This document shows positions 1 to 11,939 of a stretch of DNA of 64,000 nucleotides, piece by piece. This DNA is from Pseudomonadota bacterium. GTDB taxonomy: Bacteria; Pseudomonadota; Alphaproteobacteria; Rhizobiales; Xanthobacteraceae. Both the position numbers and the translations under genes were made by a program. The notes under the pieces were generated by a model that saw nothing but the letters and a program-made list of their open reading frames with translations, was not told where the DNA came from and made no database searches. Location: contig QEVP01000006.1 of assembly GCA_003576765.1 (NCBI GenBank), positions 5,116 to 69,115 of the forward strand, in the 5' to 3' direction. Position 1 is the stretch's first letter. Every line of letters starts with the position of its first letter.

Positions 1-1
1 C

Positions 2-190
2 GACCAGCGCGACACCAACGGCACGGAGATCCGCGCGGTCGCCGGCAACTTCCTGTTCTCGACCGGCGCCAACGAGTTCGCCGGCCGCTATACCGCCGGC
101 CATTTCGATCTGCCGGTGATGGGCACCACGATCGCCGTTGACGGTACGACTGTGATCCGCGACGGCCAGTTACAGGACGTGTTCGGATAG
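2..190 (+). CDS. C-terminal fragment of an unidentified protein (gene begins upstream of the window)
   Basis: The frame is open from the window edge to TAG 188-190, with third codon positions almost all G/C. It ends ...TTVIRDGQLQDVFG. Family not recognised. Confidence 0.5.
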   Translation, partial: DQRDTNGTEIRAVAGNFLFSTGANEFAGRYTAGHFDLPVMGTTIAVDGTTVIRDGQLQDVFG

Positions 191-247
191 AGCGTTTTGT
201 GGAAACCAGATCGAGTTAAGAAAACGCATCAAAATAAAAACTTGCAG
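188..247 (+). repeat. Intergenic repeat family 2 copy (TAG-AGCGTTTTG...GAAAACGC-ATCAAAATAAAA), short version
   Basis: Shares its ends and A-rich tail with copies at 13152-13249, 13543-13690 and 16662-16708. The leading TAG is the stop codon of the upstream gene. Confidence 0.6.
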
Positions 248-270
248 TCTATTCCGATCATACTGAAAAC

Positions 271-361
271 CGTCATGGCCGGGCTTGTCCCGGCCATCCA
301 CGTCTGAATGTTCGGAACGGCTGCCAAGACGTGGATGCCCGCGACAAGCGCGGGCATGACG
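271..361. repeat. Intergenic repeat family 1: two oppositely oriented GC-rich hairpin units (REP/BIME-like)
   Basis: Unit CGTCATGGCCGGGCTTGTCCCGGCCATCCACGTC (271-304) has an inverted partner GACGTGGATGCCCGCGACAAGCGCGGGCATGACG (328-361). Confidence 0.8.
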
Positions 362-417
362 CCGGAGAGAATGGCTATACTCTCATTCGATCCGGTCGAA
401 ACGCACTCCAGAATGAA

Positions 418-1932
418 TCACGACGCCGCGGCGCCGCGGCGCAGCACAAAATGCTGCACCTTGCCGAGCGCGGTGCGCGGTAGTTCATCGACGAACACAA
501 ATTCACGCGGCACCTTGAAGCGCGCAAGCTGGACGGCGACATGCGCCTTCAGCGCCTCGGCGTCGCAAACACAGCCCGGCCGCAGCATGACATAGGCGAC
601 CGCGACCTCCTGCCATTTCGGATCGGGGCGGCCGACCACGCCGGCGTCGGCAACATCGGGATGCTCCAGCAGCACGCGCTCGACCTCGGCCGGATAGATG
701 TTCTCGCCGCCGGAAATGATCATGTTGGTCTTGCGATCGCGCACCGTGAAGTACCCGTCGGCGCTGCGGCTGGCGAGGTCGCCGGTGCGAAACCAGCCGT
801 CGTGCAGCGCCGCGCGCGTCGCTTCCGCGTTGCCCCAATATTCGAAGAACACGTTGGGGCCGCGCACCGCGATCTCGCCGATGACATCGGGCGGCGCCTC
901 GCGACCGTCCTCGCCGATCACCTTGGCCTCACAGGCGAGCCCGGCCAACCCGGTCGATTCGGGGCGCGACAGGTCGCCGCCGAGCCGGGTGTAGATCGCA
1001 ATCGGGCAGGTCTCGGTCGCGCCGTAGACCTGCAACACCGGCACGCCGCGATCGCCAATGCGCGCCATCAGAGGCGGCGGCACGATGCTGGAGCCGGTTG
1101 AGACGGCTTTCAGCGAACTCAAGTCCGTCGTCCGCCATAACGGATGCTCGGTCACGGCCTGGATGGTCGCCGGCACCAGCACGGTCAGCGTCGGCCGCTC
1201 GCGCGCGATGGCTTCCAGTGTCGCATCGGGCGCAAAGCGCGCATGCAGCGTCACCGTGGCGCCGTGGTGCAGCGCCGGCGTGGTCTGGATGTTGAGGCCG
1301 CCGACATGAAACAGCGGCAGCACGGTCAGCACGTGATCGTCGGAGGTGAGCGCGTGCATGTGCTGGCTCATGACGCCGTTCCACAATAACGCTTCCTGCC
1401 GCAGCACCGCGCCTTTCGGCCGCCCGGTGGTGCCGGAGGTGTAGACGATCAATAACGGCGCGGCGAGATCGACATGCGGGTTGCGGCCGTCGCCGTCGCC
1501 ACGCGCCAGCGCCGCCTCGATCGACAGGCCGCCGGGCGGGGCAAAATCGAGGCCGATGGCCTGCGCCTGCGGCAGCGCTTCAACCAGTTGCGGCAGCACC
1601 GCGGCGAACGCTTCCTCCAGCAGCAGGACTTTCACCGCGGCGTCGGACAGGATGAAGCGCTGTTCGGCCACTGCCAGCCGCCAGTTGAGCGGCACCAGCA
1701 TCGCCCCTAACCGGGCGCAGGCATAGAGCGCGACCAGATAGTCGGGCCGGTTAAGGCTGAGGATGGCGACGCGGTCGCCCCGCGCCACGCCGTAATGCGC
1801 CTTCAGCGTCCTGGCCAGCGCGGCGATGCGCGCATCGAACGCCGCATAAGTCAGCGTCGCGCCGGCAAAATGCAACGCCGGCTTGTCCGGCGTGAACGCC
1901 GCGTTGCGGGCAATGAGGTCGGAGAGGTCCAC
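418..1932 (-). CDS. AMP-dependent acyl-CoA synthetase/ligase (ANL superfamily)
   Basis: 504-aa ORF with a GTG start. Carries the AMP-binding signature YTSGTTGRPKG plus GWFRTGD and DRKTNMIISGGENIYP motifs. Confidence 0.9.
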   Translation of the reverse strand: MDLSDLIARNAAFTPDKPALHFAGATLTYAAFDARIAALARTLKAHYGVARGDRVAILSLNRPDYLVALYACARLGAMLVPLNWRLAVAEQRFILSDAAVKVLLLEEAFAAVLPQLVEALPQAQAIGLDFAPPGGLSIEAALARGDGDGRNPHVDLAAPLLIVYTSGTTGRPKGAVLRQEALLWNGVMSQHMHALTSDDHVLTVLPLFHVGGLNIQTTPALHHGATVTLHARFAPDATLEAIARERPTLTVLVPATIQAVTEHPLWRTTDLSSLKAVSTGSSIVPPPLMARIGDRGVPVLQVYGATETCPIAIYTRLGGDLSRPESTGLAGLACEAKVIGEDGREAPPDVIGEIAVRGPNVFFEYWGNAEATRAALHDGWFRTGDLASRSADGYFTVRDRKTNMIISGGENIYPAEVERVLLEHPDVADAGVVGRPDPKWQEVAVAYVMLRPGCVCDAEALKAHVAVQLARFKVPREFVFVDELPRTALGKVQHFVLRRGAAAS

Positions 1933-1959
1933 CGCCGAGATCCTACCGTCAGGCCCGCC

Positions 1960-3225
1960 TCATTCATCCGTCTCGCCGGCTTCGTACAGGGCCTCGCGGC
2001 CGGTGCGGTCGAGGCAAAGTTCGGCCGTCCACGGCAGCATCAGCGAGCCGCAGCGGCTGTCGCGGTAGATGCGCTCCAGCGGCAGCGATTTCAGCATCGC
2101 CTGGCCGCCGCAGGTGCGGATCGCCAGCGCGGCGAGTTCGTTGGCGCCCTCCATCACCGAATACTGCGCGGCATAGGCACGCAGCACCTGCGCCTTGCTC
2201 GGATTGGCGCACGCTTCCGTCACCGCCTGAAACCACAGCGCCTTGATCTGCTCCAGCTTGACGTGCATCTGCGCGACCGCGATCTGCTTGGTCGGATACA
2301 TCCGCCGCTTGACCGGCGGCATGCCGGGCACCTCGCCGCGCAGATACCTGACGGTGAAGTCGTAGGCCGCCTGCGCCAGCCCCATGTAGGTCGGCGACAG
2401 CGTGAGAAACATGTGCGGCCAGCGCATCGCGGCTTGAAAATAGACGCCGCGCGGCATCAGGGCGGCGTCCTCCGGCACGAACACGTCCTTGAAGATCAGC
2501 GTGCGCGACACGGTACCGCGCATGCCGAGCGGGTCCCAGTCGCCGACCACCGACACGCCCTCGGCCTGCGCGGGGATCGCCAGATAAAGCGTGTTGCGGC
2601 GCGAGGCCTTCTCGCCCTCAGTGACCTCGGTGCACAACACGCCGTAATAGTCGGCATGGCCGGAGAGCGAAGCAAAGATTTTCTTGCCGCTGACGCGCCA
2701 GCCACCCTCGATCGGCCTCGCCTCGGTGCCGAAGGCGACGCCGCCGGCCGCCGCCGCACCGCCTTCGGAGAAAGGCTGCGAATAGATCGCGCCGTCCTCG
2801 ACGATGCGGCGATAGTGGATGGCACGGCGCCGCTCGTGTTCGGCGCGGGTCGCCGCATCCATGTCGAGATCGTCGGCGAGCGGTCCCGACCACAGCGTGG
2901 AGCAGACGTGCATGTTCCAGGTCAGCGCGGTGGCGCCGCAATAACGGCCGATCTCGGCGGCGGCAAGCGCATAGGTCTGGTAGTCGGCGCCGAGCCCGCC
3001 ATGTGCCTTCGGAATCGCGATGCCGAGCAGGCCGGCACGGTGCAGGTCGCGGTAGTTCTCGGTCGGAAAGCGCGCGTCGCGGTCGTAGCCGGCGGCGCGG
3101 GCGGCGAACGCGCTCTGACCGAGGTTGCGGGCGCGGGCGATGATCTCGCTCTGGGCGTCGGTCAGGCGAAAGGCTTTCGCGTCGAAGATCGGCGCATCGG
3201 GCGCGATTGCGGCGGGGGCATTCAT
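1960..3225 (-). CDS. Acyl-CoA dehydrogenase family protein (possibly a type-2 ACAD / flavin-dependent oxygenase)
   Basis: 421-aa GC3-rich ORF with overall ACAD-like layout. Its ATG overlaps the stop of the upstream hydrolase gene (ATGA at 3222-3225). Confidence 0.8.
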   Translation of the reverse strand: MNAPAAIAPDAPIFDAKAFRLTDAQSEIIARARNLGQSAFAARAAGYDRDARFPTENYRDLHRAGLLGIAIPKAHGGLGADYQTYALAAAEIGRYCGATALTWNMHVCSTLWSGPLADDLDMDAATRAEHERRRAIHYRRIVEDGAIYSQPFSEGGAAAAGGVAFGTEARPIEGGWRVSGKKIFASLSGHADYYGVLCTEVTEGEKASRRNTLYLAIPAQAEGVSVVGDWDPLGMRGTVSRTLIFKDVFVPEDAALMPRGVYFQAAMRWPHMFLTLSPTYMGLAQAAYDFTVRYLRGEVPGMPPVKRRMYPTKQIAVAQMHVKLEQIKALWFQAVTEACANPSKAQVLRAYAAQYSVMEGANELAALAIRTCGGQAMLKSLPLERIYRDSRCGSLMLPWTAELCLDRTGREALYEAGETDE

Positions 3226-4049
3226 GATGCGGGCCTTCCGAATGAAGATGTCGCGAGGAAATCGTCCAGCACGGCGTTGAACGTGTCCGGCCGTTCGAGG
3301 TTGGCAAGATGCCCCACGCCGGCCAGTTCGACATAGCGCGCGCCGGGGATGCGGACCGCCATCTTCGCCATCATCGCGGCCGGCGCGTTGTCGTCGCGGG
3401 TGCCGGAGATCAGCAGCGTCGGCACGTCGATGCGCTGCAACGCCGCGCGCTGATCGAAGCCCATCAGGGCCAGCACCATGGCGCGGTAGGTCGCATCCGG
3501 CACTTCGGCCATCGAGGCGCGGGCCGCCGCCAGGCCGCGCGGGTCCGGGTCGTCGCCGACGAGATCGTCGACCATGCCGTCCGCGAGGTCGCGCATGGTG
3601 GCGCCGCGGTCGAGCGGCCCAAGCCGGGCGGCGATGAACGCCCTCTGCCAGTCGCCGTCCGGCTTACCGAAGGCGGGGCTGGTCTCAGCCAGCACGGCGC
3701 CGCCGGCAATGCCGGGGTGGTCGGCAAGAAACTGCTGCACGATCATGCCGCCGATGGAGTGGCCGACCAGCACCGGCCGGCGCGCCTCGACGGCAATGAG
3801 AAAATGCGTCAGCGCCTCCGCAAGCGTCGCGATGGTGGGATTCGCAAGCCGCGCGGAGCCGCCATAGCCCGGCATGTCCCAGGCCATGGCGTGATAGCGG
3901 TCGCCGAAAAAGCCGAGCTGGTCGCGCCACGCCTTCGCCATGCCACCGATGCCGTGCAGGAAGACCAGCGGCGTATGGTGCGGGCCGCCGGCGGCCTCGT
4001 AGGTGAAACGGCCGTCCGGCGTGGCGAGGGAGACGATGGGGGCTGGCAT
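3222..4049 (-). CDS. Alpha/beta-fold hydrolase
   Basis: Track ORF 3222..5183 trimmed to ATG 4049 (MPAPIVSL...). Has oxyanion motif FLHGIGG, nucleophile elbow GHSIGG and C-terminal GVGHLANLERP. Confidence 0.8.
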   Translation of the reverse strand: MPAPIVSLATPDGRFTYEAAGGPHHTPLVFLHGIGGMAKAWRDQLGFFGDRYHAMAWDMPGYGGSARLANPTIATLAEALTHFLIAVEARRPVLVGHSIGGMIVQQFLADHPGIAGGAVLAETSPAFGKPDGDWQRAFIAARLGPLDRGATMRDLADGMVDDLVGDDPDPRGLAAARASMAEVPDATYRAMVLALMGFDQRAALQRIDVPTLLISGTRDDNAPAAMMAKMAVRIPGARYVELAGVGHLANLERPDTFNAVLDDFLATSSFGRPAS

Positions 4050-4174
4050 GAGCGGCGCTCCGGGATCGCCGATCCTACCAAAGGCAAAATATATGAAAAG
4101 GGATAATTTTAGAGTTGAAGCATCTCGGTTGGGAGCACCCACCGCGCTCAGGGCTGCTTGTAGATATTTGAAGC

Positions 4175-4195
4175 CTAAAATACTATTGCCGGTGA
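4175..4195 (+). promoter_or_regulatory. Shared upstream motif CTAAAATA-N6-CCGGTGA (copy 1, ahead of the enoyl-CoA hydratase gene)
   Basis: Near-identical motif recurs at 5125-5144 ahead of the next gene. It lies in an AT-rich divergent promoter region. Confidence 0.4.
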
Positions 4196-4235
4196 CGCAG
4201 GCGCCGCACCGCATCACACCTTGCACGGAGGCCCC

Positions 4236-5075
<840 letters not shown>

Positions 5076-5124
5076 CAGGGCGTGGGGCGCCGCCACTTCG
5101 CCCTTGCGCGTAATTGCTTTAGGT

Positions 5125-5144
5125 CTAAAATAATAACCCGGTGA
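5125..5144 (+). promoter_or_regulatory. Shared upstream motif CTAAAATA-N5-CCGGTGA (copy 2, ahead of the CoA ligase gene), with possible -35 TTGCGC at 5104-5109
   Basis: Sequence repeat of 4175-4195. TTGCGC-16 nt-TAAAAT resembles a sigma-70 promoter. Confidence 0.4.
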
Positions 5145-5173
5145 TGCGGCTGGCGCGAGACAGGGAGCGCAGG

Positions 5174-6844
<1,671 letters not shown>

Positions 6845-6872
6845 TCCGACGCCCGACCGAGGAGCCCCGCCG

Positions 6873-7340
6873 GTGAGTACGCCGACATCCCGCCCCGCAG
6901 CCGTTGCCGTCCTGCCCCCCGACGACGACGACCCGGCCGCGCCGCGCGTGCTGCAACCGGCCGGCTGGCCGGTGCCGAAAGGCTATGCCAACGGCATGGC
7001 CGCCGAGGGCCGCCTCGTCGTCACCGGCGGTATCGTCGGCTGGGACGCGCACGGCCGGTTCGCGACAGGCTTCGCCGCACAGGCCGAGCAGACGCTGCGC
7101 AACATCGCCGCCATCCTCGCCGAGGGCGGCGCCGCGCCCACGCACCTGGTGCGGCTTACCTGGTACGTCATCGACATGGACGAGTACCTCGCCAACCTGA
7201 AGGCGGTCGGCCGCGCTTATCGTGCCGTGTTCGGCACGCACTATCCGGCGATGGCGCTGGTGCAGGTGATGCGGCTGGTCGAGCCGGAAGCACGGCTGGA
7301 GATCGAGGCCACCGCCGTGGTGCCGCATGCGGCCGGCTAG
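6873..7340 (+). CDS. RidA/YjgF/UK114 family reactive-intermediate deaminase
   Basis: 155-aa ORF with a GTG start 8 nt after GAGGAG. Family-typical ...GRLVVTGGIVGWD... and LEIEATAV C-terminus. Confidence 0.8.
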   Translation: MSTPTSRPAAVAVLPPDDDDPAAPRVLQPAGWPVPKGYANGMAAEGRLVVTGGIVGWDAHGRFATGFAAQAEQTLRNIAAILAEGGAAPTHLVRLTWYVIDMDEYLANLKAVGRAYRAVFGTHYPAMALVQVMRLVEPEARLEIEATAVVPHAAG

Positions 7341-7383
7341 AACTCCGGTTCTGATGGAATCGCGCGTGCGTTGACACGATTTG

Positions 7384-7472
7384 CGTCATGCCCGGCTTCA
7401 TGCCGGGCATCCACCTCTTGCAGCCTTTTCACGACTAAGACGTGGATGGCCGGGACAAGCCCGGCCATGACG
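7384..7472. repeat. Intergenic repeat family 1, paired units
   Basis: CGTCATGCCCGGCTTCATGCCGGGCATCCAC (7384-7414) and GACGTGGATGGCCGGGACAAGCCCGGCCATGACG (7439-7472). Confidence 0.8.
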
Positions 7473-7510
7473 ATGGTTCAATCCGATTGAACAGACTCTC
7501 ACCCGCGGCG

Positions 7511-8449
7511 TCAGCCGCCGCGGGCGCGGCGGTTCTCATAAGCCTTGAGATGCAGATAGGCGAGGTCGAGCCGGCCCTGGACGGACGGCTTGAGCCCGAC
7601 GGCATCGCGCCGCGCAATCAGGTCGCCGAGCACATGGTCGGCCTCGACCGGAAAACCGTTCTTCATGTCGCGGAACATTGAGGCGGTAAACGGCGAGCCG
7701 GCCGCCGTCAGCATGGTGCGGGCACGGGCGATGGAGGCATCGCGCGGCCGGTGGCCGTTGGCCTCGGCAATCGCCACGCAGTCGTCAACCAGCCCGTTGA
7801 GAAAGGACAGGCCGCCGGGCGCGGCAACGATGTCGCCGACGGTCGCGTGCATCAGGCAGCTTGCCGCCGCGAGCGAACTCAACAGCACCCACTTTTCCCA
7901 CATCTCGCCGACGATGCGATCGCTCAGGCGCGCGACAAAGCCCGCGCCGGCCAAAGCCGCCTCGATCTCGCCGACCCGCTCCGACGCCGCGCCGTCGCGC
8001 GCGCCGAACACCAGATCGTGGGACTCGTTGAGGTGGCGGATGGCGCCGCTCTCCTCCAGCGTCGCGGCAATAATGCAAAGCCCGCCAAGCACGCGTTCAG
8101 CACCAAAACGCGCGTCGAGCACGTCGAGATGGCGCATGCCGTTGAGCAACGGCAGCACCAGCGTGCGCGGCCCCACGGCGGCGGCGAAGGCATCGATGGC
8201 GCCGTCAAGGTCGTAAGCCTTGCAACTCAGCAGGACGAGATCGAACGGCTCGCGCAGCGTCTCGCGCGTCACCACCGGCGGATCGGCCACCGCGGCGTCG
8301 CCGGTCGCGCTCTTGATGACGAGGCCGTTGCGTCGCAGCTTTTCGGCGCGCGCCGGCCGCACCAGGAACGTGACGTTGCGACCAGCCGCGAGCAGACGGC
8401 CGCCAAAATAGCCGCCGACCGCGCCAGCGCCCACAACAAGAATACGCAT
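7511..8449 (-). CDS. 2-dehydropantoate 2-reductase (ketopantoate reductase, ApbA/PanE) family protein
   Basis: Trimmed to ATG 8449 (MRILVVGAGAVGGYFGG Rossmann motif). Family-typical length and a C-terminal domain with E..H..G. Confidence 0.8.
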   Translation of the reverse strand: MRILVVGAGAVGGYFGGRLLAAGRNVTFLVRPARAEKLRRNGLVIKSATGDAAVADPPVVTRETLREPFDLVLLSCKAYDLDGAIDAFAAAVGPRTLVLPLLNGMRHLDVLDARFGAERVLGGLCIIAATLEESGAIRHLNESHDLVFGARDGAASERVGEIEAALAGAGFVARLSDRIVGEMWEKWVLLSSLAAASCLMHATVGDIVAAPGGLSFLNGLVDDCVAIAEANGHRPRDASIARARTMLTAAGSPFTASMFRDMKNGFPVEADHVLGDLIARRDAVGLKPSVQGRLDLAYLHLKAYENRRARGG

Positions 8450-8490
8450 CTGTTTGAGATCCCCTGCTGCGAATGGAAAAGTGCCTGGGC

Positions 8491-10350
8491 TCACTCCGCC
8501 GCCATCTCCAGCGGCCCGGCGCGGGGCAGCACGATCTGGATCTGGGTGCCCTTGCCCGGCGACGACTCCAGATTGAGCCGCCCGCCGAGCCGGCCGGTGA
8601 CCAGCGAATGCACGATGTGCAGGCCGAGCCCGGTGCCGCCCTGGTCGCGCCGCGTGGTGTAGAACGGGTCGAAGGCGTGGCGGCGCACCTCGACGCTCAT
8701 GCCGCAGCCGTTGTCGGCAAAGGTCAGCTCGACCTCGTCGTCACCGAGGCCGCGCACGCGAATGTCGATCTGTCCCGGCGCGCCGTCGGGAAAGGCGTGC
8801 GCCACCGCGTTGAGGAACAGGTTGGTGAGCACCTGGCCGTAGGAGCCGGGATAGCTGTTCATCTCGAGGCCGGGCTCGCACTCGACGGTGAGCGCAAGGT
8901 TGTGCTTGCGCGAACCCGGCCGCAGGCTGGTGACAAGCTGCTCGGTGAGGTCGCCGACGTCGAAGCTGCGCCGGTGCGAGAAGTTGCGGTCCACCGCCAC
9001 CTGCTTGAACGACTGGATCAGTTCGGCGGCGCGGTTCAGGTTGGCGACGAGTTGGCTCGCGGCATCGCGATTGGCGGCGATGAACTCGGTCAGGTGCGAG
9101 CGGCGCAATTCGCCCTTGGCGACCTCGGCTTCGAACAGCGCGCAGCGCCGCTCCAGCGACGAGGCGACGGTGAGGCCGATGCCGACCGGGTTGTTGACCT
9201 CATGGGCAACGCCGGCGACGAGGCGGCCGAGCGCGGCGAGCTTCTCGGTCTCGATCAGCGAATCCTGGGTGGCGCGCAGGTTCTGCAACGCCGCCTCGGC
9301 GGCATCGCGCGCTTTGCGCATCTCCTGCTCGCTGCGCTTGCGCTCGCCGATATCGAGCGCCACGGTGACGATCGACTGGATCGTGCCGTCGGCACCGCGC
9401 AGCGGCACCTTGTTGACCATCCACTGCCGCATGGTGCCGGAGACGTCGAGGTATTCCTCCTCGTAGAAGCCAAGCTCCTCGCCGGTCGCCAGAAGCTGGC
9501 GGTCGTTGTCGTCGGACTTGGCCGAACCGTAGCGCGCCATCAATTCCGACGTGGTGCGCCCGATCGCCGTCTCCGGCTCGATGCCGAACACGCCGGCCAT
9601 GTAGCGGTTCATTAGGATATAACGCAGGCTGGTGTCCTTGACGTTGATGACCGCCGGCACCGTGTCGATGACCTGCTGCAGGTGGCGGCGCGCATCTTCC
9701 AGGGCCTGCTCGGTGCGCATCTGATTGGTGATGTCGCGCACCGTGCCCTCGTAGCGCACGATATTGCCCTTGGCGTCGCGGACGGCGGTGGCGCTGTCGG
9801 ACAGCCACACGATGCGGCCGTCGCGCGCCCGTGCCCGGTATTCGAATTCGCGCACCATGCCGTCGCGCGTCATGCGGCGCTGATACTCGGCACGGTCGGC
9901 GGGATCGACATAGATGCCGTGGGCGATGTCGGCGACGCCGTCGATCAGGTCGCGCGGCGTGTCGAAACCCATCATCCGCGCCAGCGCGCGGTTGGCGTTG
10001 AGAATGGTGCCCTCGGGCGTGGTGACGTAGATGCCGTCCACCGAGCCTTCGAACAGCTTCTGATAGTCCTGCCGCGCCGCCGCCTGGCGTTCCTCGGCAA
10101 TGAGGCGCAGCGCCGCTTCGCGGGTGGCGTCGGCGGCGAGCGGCTGCACCTTGCGCCGCATCAACAGCGTCGCCACCGCGAACCCGGCCGCGGCACCGCC
10201 GAGTGCCGCCAGCACGATGAACGCCGCCGCGGACGGGCCGACTGCCGCCAGCGCCCCGTCGGCGGCGAGCACCGGCGCCGGCGGCAGCACCATGGCCGCC
10301 GCCATCAGTCCGGGCACACGCGTCAGACGTATTACGATGAAGCCAGACAT
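8491..10350 (-). CDS. Membrane-anchored PAS-domain sensor histidine kinase
   Basis: Trimmed to ATG 10350 after GAGG. Has N-terminal hydrophobic segments, two PAS-like blocks, H-box VAHEVNNPVG, and N/G boxes (FLNAVAHAF, DNGCGM, GGTGLGL). Confidence 0.85.
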   Translation of the reverse strand: MSGFIVIRLTRVPGLMAAAMVLPPAPVLAADGALAAVGPSAAAFIVLAALGGAAAGFAVATLLMRRKVQPLAADATREAALRLIAEERQAAARQDYQKLFEGSVDGIYVTTPEGTILNANRALARMMGFDTPRDLIDGVADIAHGIYVDPADRAEYQRRMTRDGMVREFEYRARARDGRIVWLSDSATAVRDAKGNIVRYEGTVRDITNQMRTEQALEDARRHLQQVIDTVPAVINVKDTSLRYILMNRYMAGVFGIEPETAIGRTTSELMARYGSAKSDDNDRQLLATGEELGFYEEEYLDVSGTMRQWMVNKVPLRGADGTIQSIVTVALDIGERKRSEQEMRKARDAAEAALQNLRATQDSLIETEKLAALGRLVAGVAHEVNNPVGIGLTVASSLERRCALFEAEVAKGELRRSHLTEFIAANRDAASQLVANLNRAAELIQSFKQVAVDRNFSHRRSFDVGDLTEQLVTSLRPGSRKHNLALTVECEPGLEMNSYPGSYGQVLTNLFLNAVAHAFPDGAPGQIDIRVRGLGDDEVELTFADNGCGMSVEVRRHAFDPFYTTRRDQGGTGLGLHIVHSLVTGRLGGRLNLESSPGKGTQIQIVLPRAGPLEMAAE

Positions 10351-10436
10351 GACGCCTCGCGTTCGATGGCCGGCAATTTTTATCATGGGGGGCGCGGCGC
10401 ACCAAGCACGGCCGGGCGGGCGTCGTGTGGTCGCGG

Positions 10437-11939
10437 TTACTCGGCGACGATCTTGACCCGGTCGCCGGGCTTGACGGCCTCGCGGACGCCGAGCCCGTTG
10501 AGCGTGCGGAAGCGCTCGACGGGACGATCGACCCCGGCCATGCGCTGCGCCAGCGACTCCACGGTGTCGCCCGGCCGCACCGTCACCACATGAACGCGCA
10601 AGGGCCGCGTCGCGTCGATCTCGGCGAGGCTGAGGCGCCGGAACGAATTGACGGTATCGCGGAAATCGCGGTCGTTCTCGCCGCCCTTGCGGCGGCTCGC
10701 GAAGATGAAGCGATAGACGTCGCTGCCGAAGCGCAGCGCGAACACGCGAAACTGCCACTGGTCGCCATGCGCGACCGCGGTCGCCGCCGGAAAGCCGTTG
10801 ATGGTCAGCGTCTCGGCCGAGGCCGGATCGACCTTTTCCATCCAGCCGGAGGCAAGGTACTCGGTCAGCGGCTGATCAGCCGGCACCCGCACCACGTCGA
10901 AACGCATCGCCTGCTGGCCACCGCTGCGCACGCCGATCACCGCCTGCGCGGTGTTGTCGAGGGTGTAGCCCTGCGGCGCCTGGAAGGTGAAGCCGAGCTT
11001 GGGATGCAGGAAGCGCCGGCCGCGCACAAAACCTTCGCTGGGGTCCTCGCCGTAGACGAGGTTGTCGATGGCCGCGAGATAGGCGTCGCGCTCGCGGCCC
11101 GCCTCGCCCGGTCCGGTGAACTGCCGGGCGACCGTCTGGGCGTTCTGGATACGCTCGGGCGTCGCCGGATGCGACGACAGGAAATCCTGGCCGCGCGGAT
11201 CGAGCCCGGCCTGGCTCGCCTTGAGGTCGGCGTTGCGGCCCATCGCAGTGAGAAAGCGCGCCGCGCCATAGGGGTCGAAGCCGGCCTTGGCGGCAAGCCC
11301 GACGCCGATGCCGTCGGCCTCGAACTCCTGCCCGCGCGAGAAGCTCGCCATCGTCAGCCGGGTCTTGGCAAGTGCCAGCGCCGTCAGGTCGGGGTCGGTG
11401 CCCATGTCGGCCACCACGCGCGTGACGACCGCGGCCTGGCGCGCGCGCTCCTCGCGGATCGAGGCATGGCGCGCCAGCACGTGGGCCATCTCGTGCGCCA
11501 GCACCGACGACAGTTCGGACGTGTCGCTGGCGAGCGCGAGCAGTCCGCGGGTGACATAGAGCTGGCCGGTAGGCAGTGCGAAGGCATTGACCGCGCCGGA
11601 GTTGAGAATGGTGACCTTGTACTGCATGTCCGGCCGGTCGGAGGCCGCAACCAGCCGCTCGACGGCGCGGGTGATCAGCGCCTCCAGCCGCGCGTCGTCG
11701 TAGACCCCGCCATAGGAGGCGAGGATGCGCTGGTGCTCGCGCTCGGTGGCGGAAAGCTGCGCCGGTTTGGCAGCCGGCTTGGCCGCGGCCGTGGCGGCCG
11801 GGCGCGAGGCGACCTCGAAGCGACCCAGATCGGCACAGCCGCCGAGCGCCAGCGCCGCGCACAGCGCGGCCGCGGCCCACGGGACCATTGTCCCGCCGGC
11901 GGGGCGATAGCCGTTTCCAAACCGCCTCGTCGCGATCAC
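10437..11939 (-). CDS. M48-family zinc metalloprotease lipoprotein with C-terminal LysM domain
   Basis: HEMAHVLARH (HExxH) motif and lipobox LALGGC. The C-terminus is LysM-like: VTVRPGDTVESLAQRM...LNGL...VKPGDRVKIV. GTG start overlaps the upstream stop (GTGA). Confidence 0.85.
   Translation of the reverse strand: MIATRRFGNGYRPAGGTMVPWAAAALCAALALGGCADLGRFEVASRPAATAAAKPAAKPAQLSATEREHQRILASYGGVYDDARLEALITRAVERLVAASDRPDMQYKVTILNSGAVNAFALPTGQLYVTRGLLALASDTSELSSVLAHEMAHVLARHASIREERARQAAVVTRVVADMGTDPDLTALALAKTRLTMASFSRGQEFEADGIGVGLAAKAGFDPYGAARFLTAMGRNADLKASQAGLDPRGQDFLSSHPATPERIQNAQTVARQFTGPGEAGRERDAYLAAIDNLVYGEDPSEGFVRGRRFLHPKLGFTFQAPQGYTLDNTAQAVIGVRSGGQQAMRFDVVRVPADQPLTEYLASGWMEKVDPASAETLTINGFPAATAVAHGDQWQFRVFALRFGSDVYRFIFASRRKGGENDRDFRDTVNSFRRLSLAEIDATRPLRVHVVTVRPGDTVESLAQRMAGVDRPVERFRTLNGLGVREAVKPGDRVKIVAE

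Noticed and set aside
1795-3336. 513-aa ORF on the plus strand, together with similar long ORFs at 4775-6838 (-), 10425-12170 (+), 21831-23813 (-), 52275-54056 (-), 54105-55163 (-) and 59974-62670 (+).
   Set aside because: Each lies antisense to or out of frame with a gene that has clear family motifs. Their translations are Arg/Ala/Gly/Pro-rich low-complexity sequences with no recognisable domains. Long stop-free antisense frames are expected in DNA this GC-rich.
7341-7375. Possible partial copy of repeat family 2 (shares TGATGGAATC with the reverse complement of the tail hairpin at 13657-13677).
   Set aside because: Only about 10 nt are shared, which is too short to call without a genome-wide alignment of the family.
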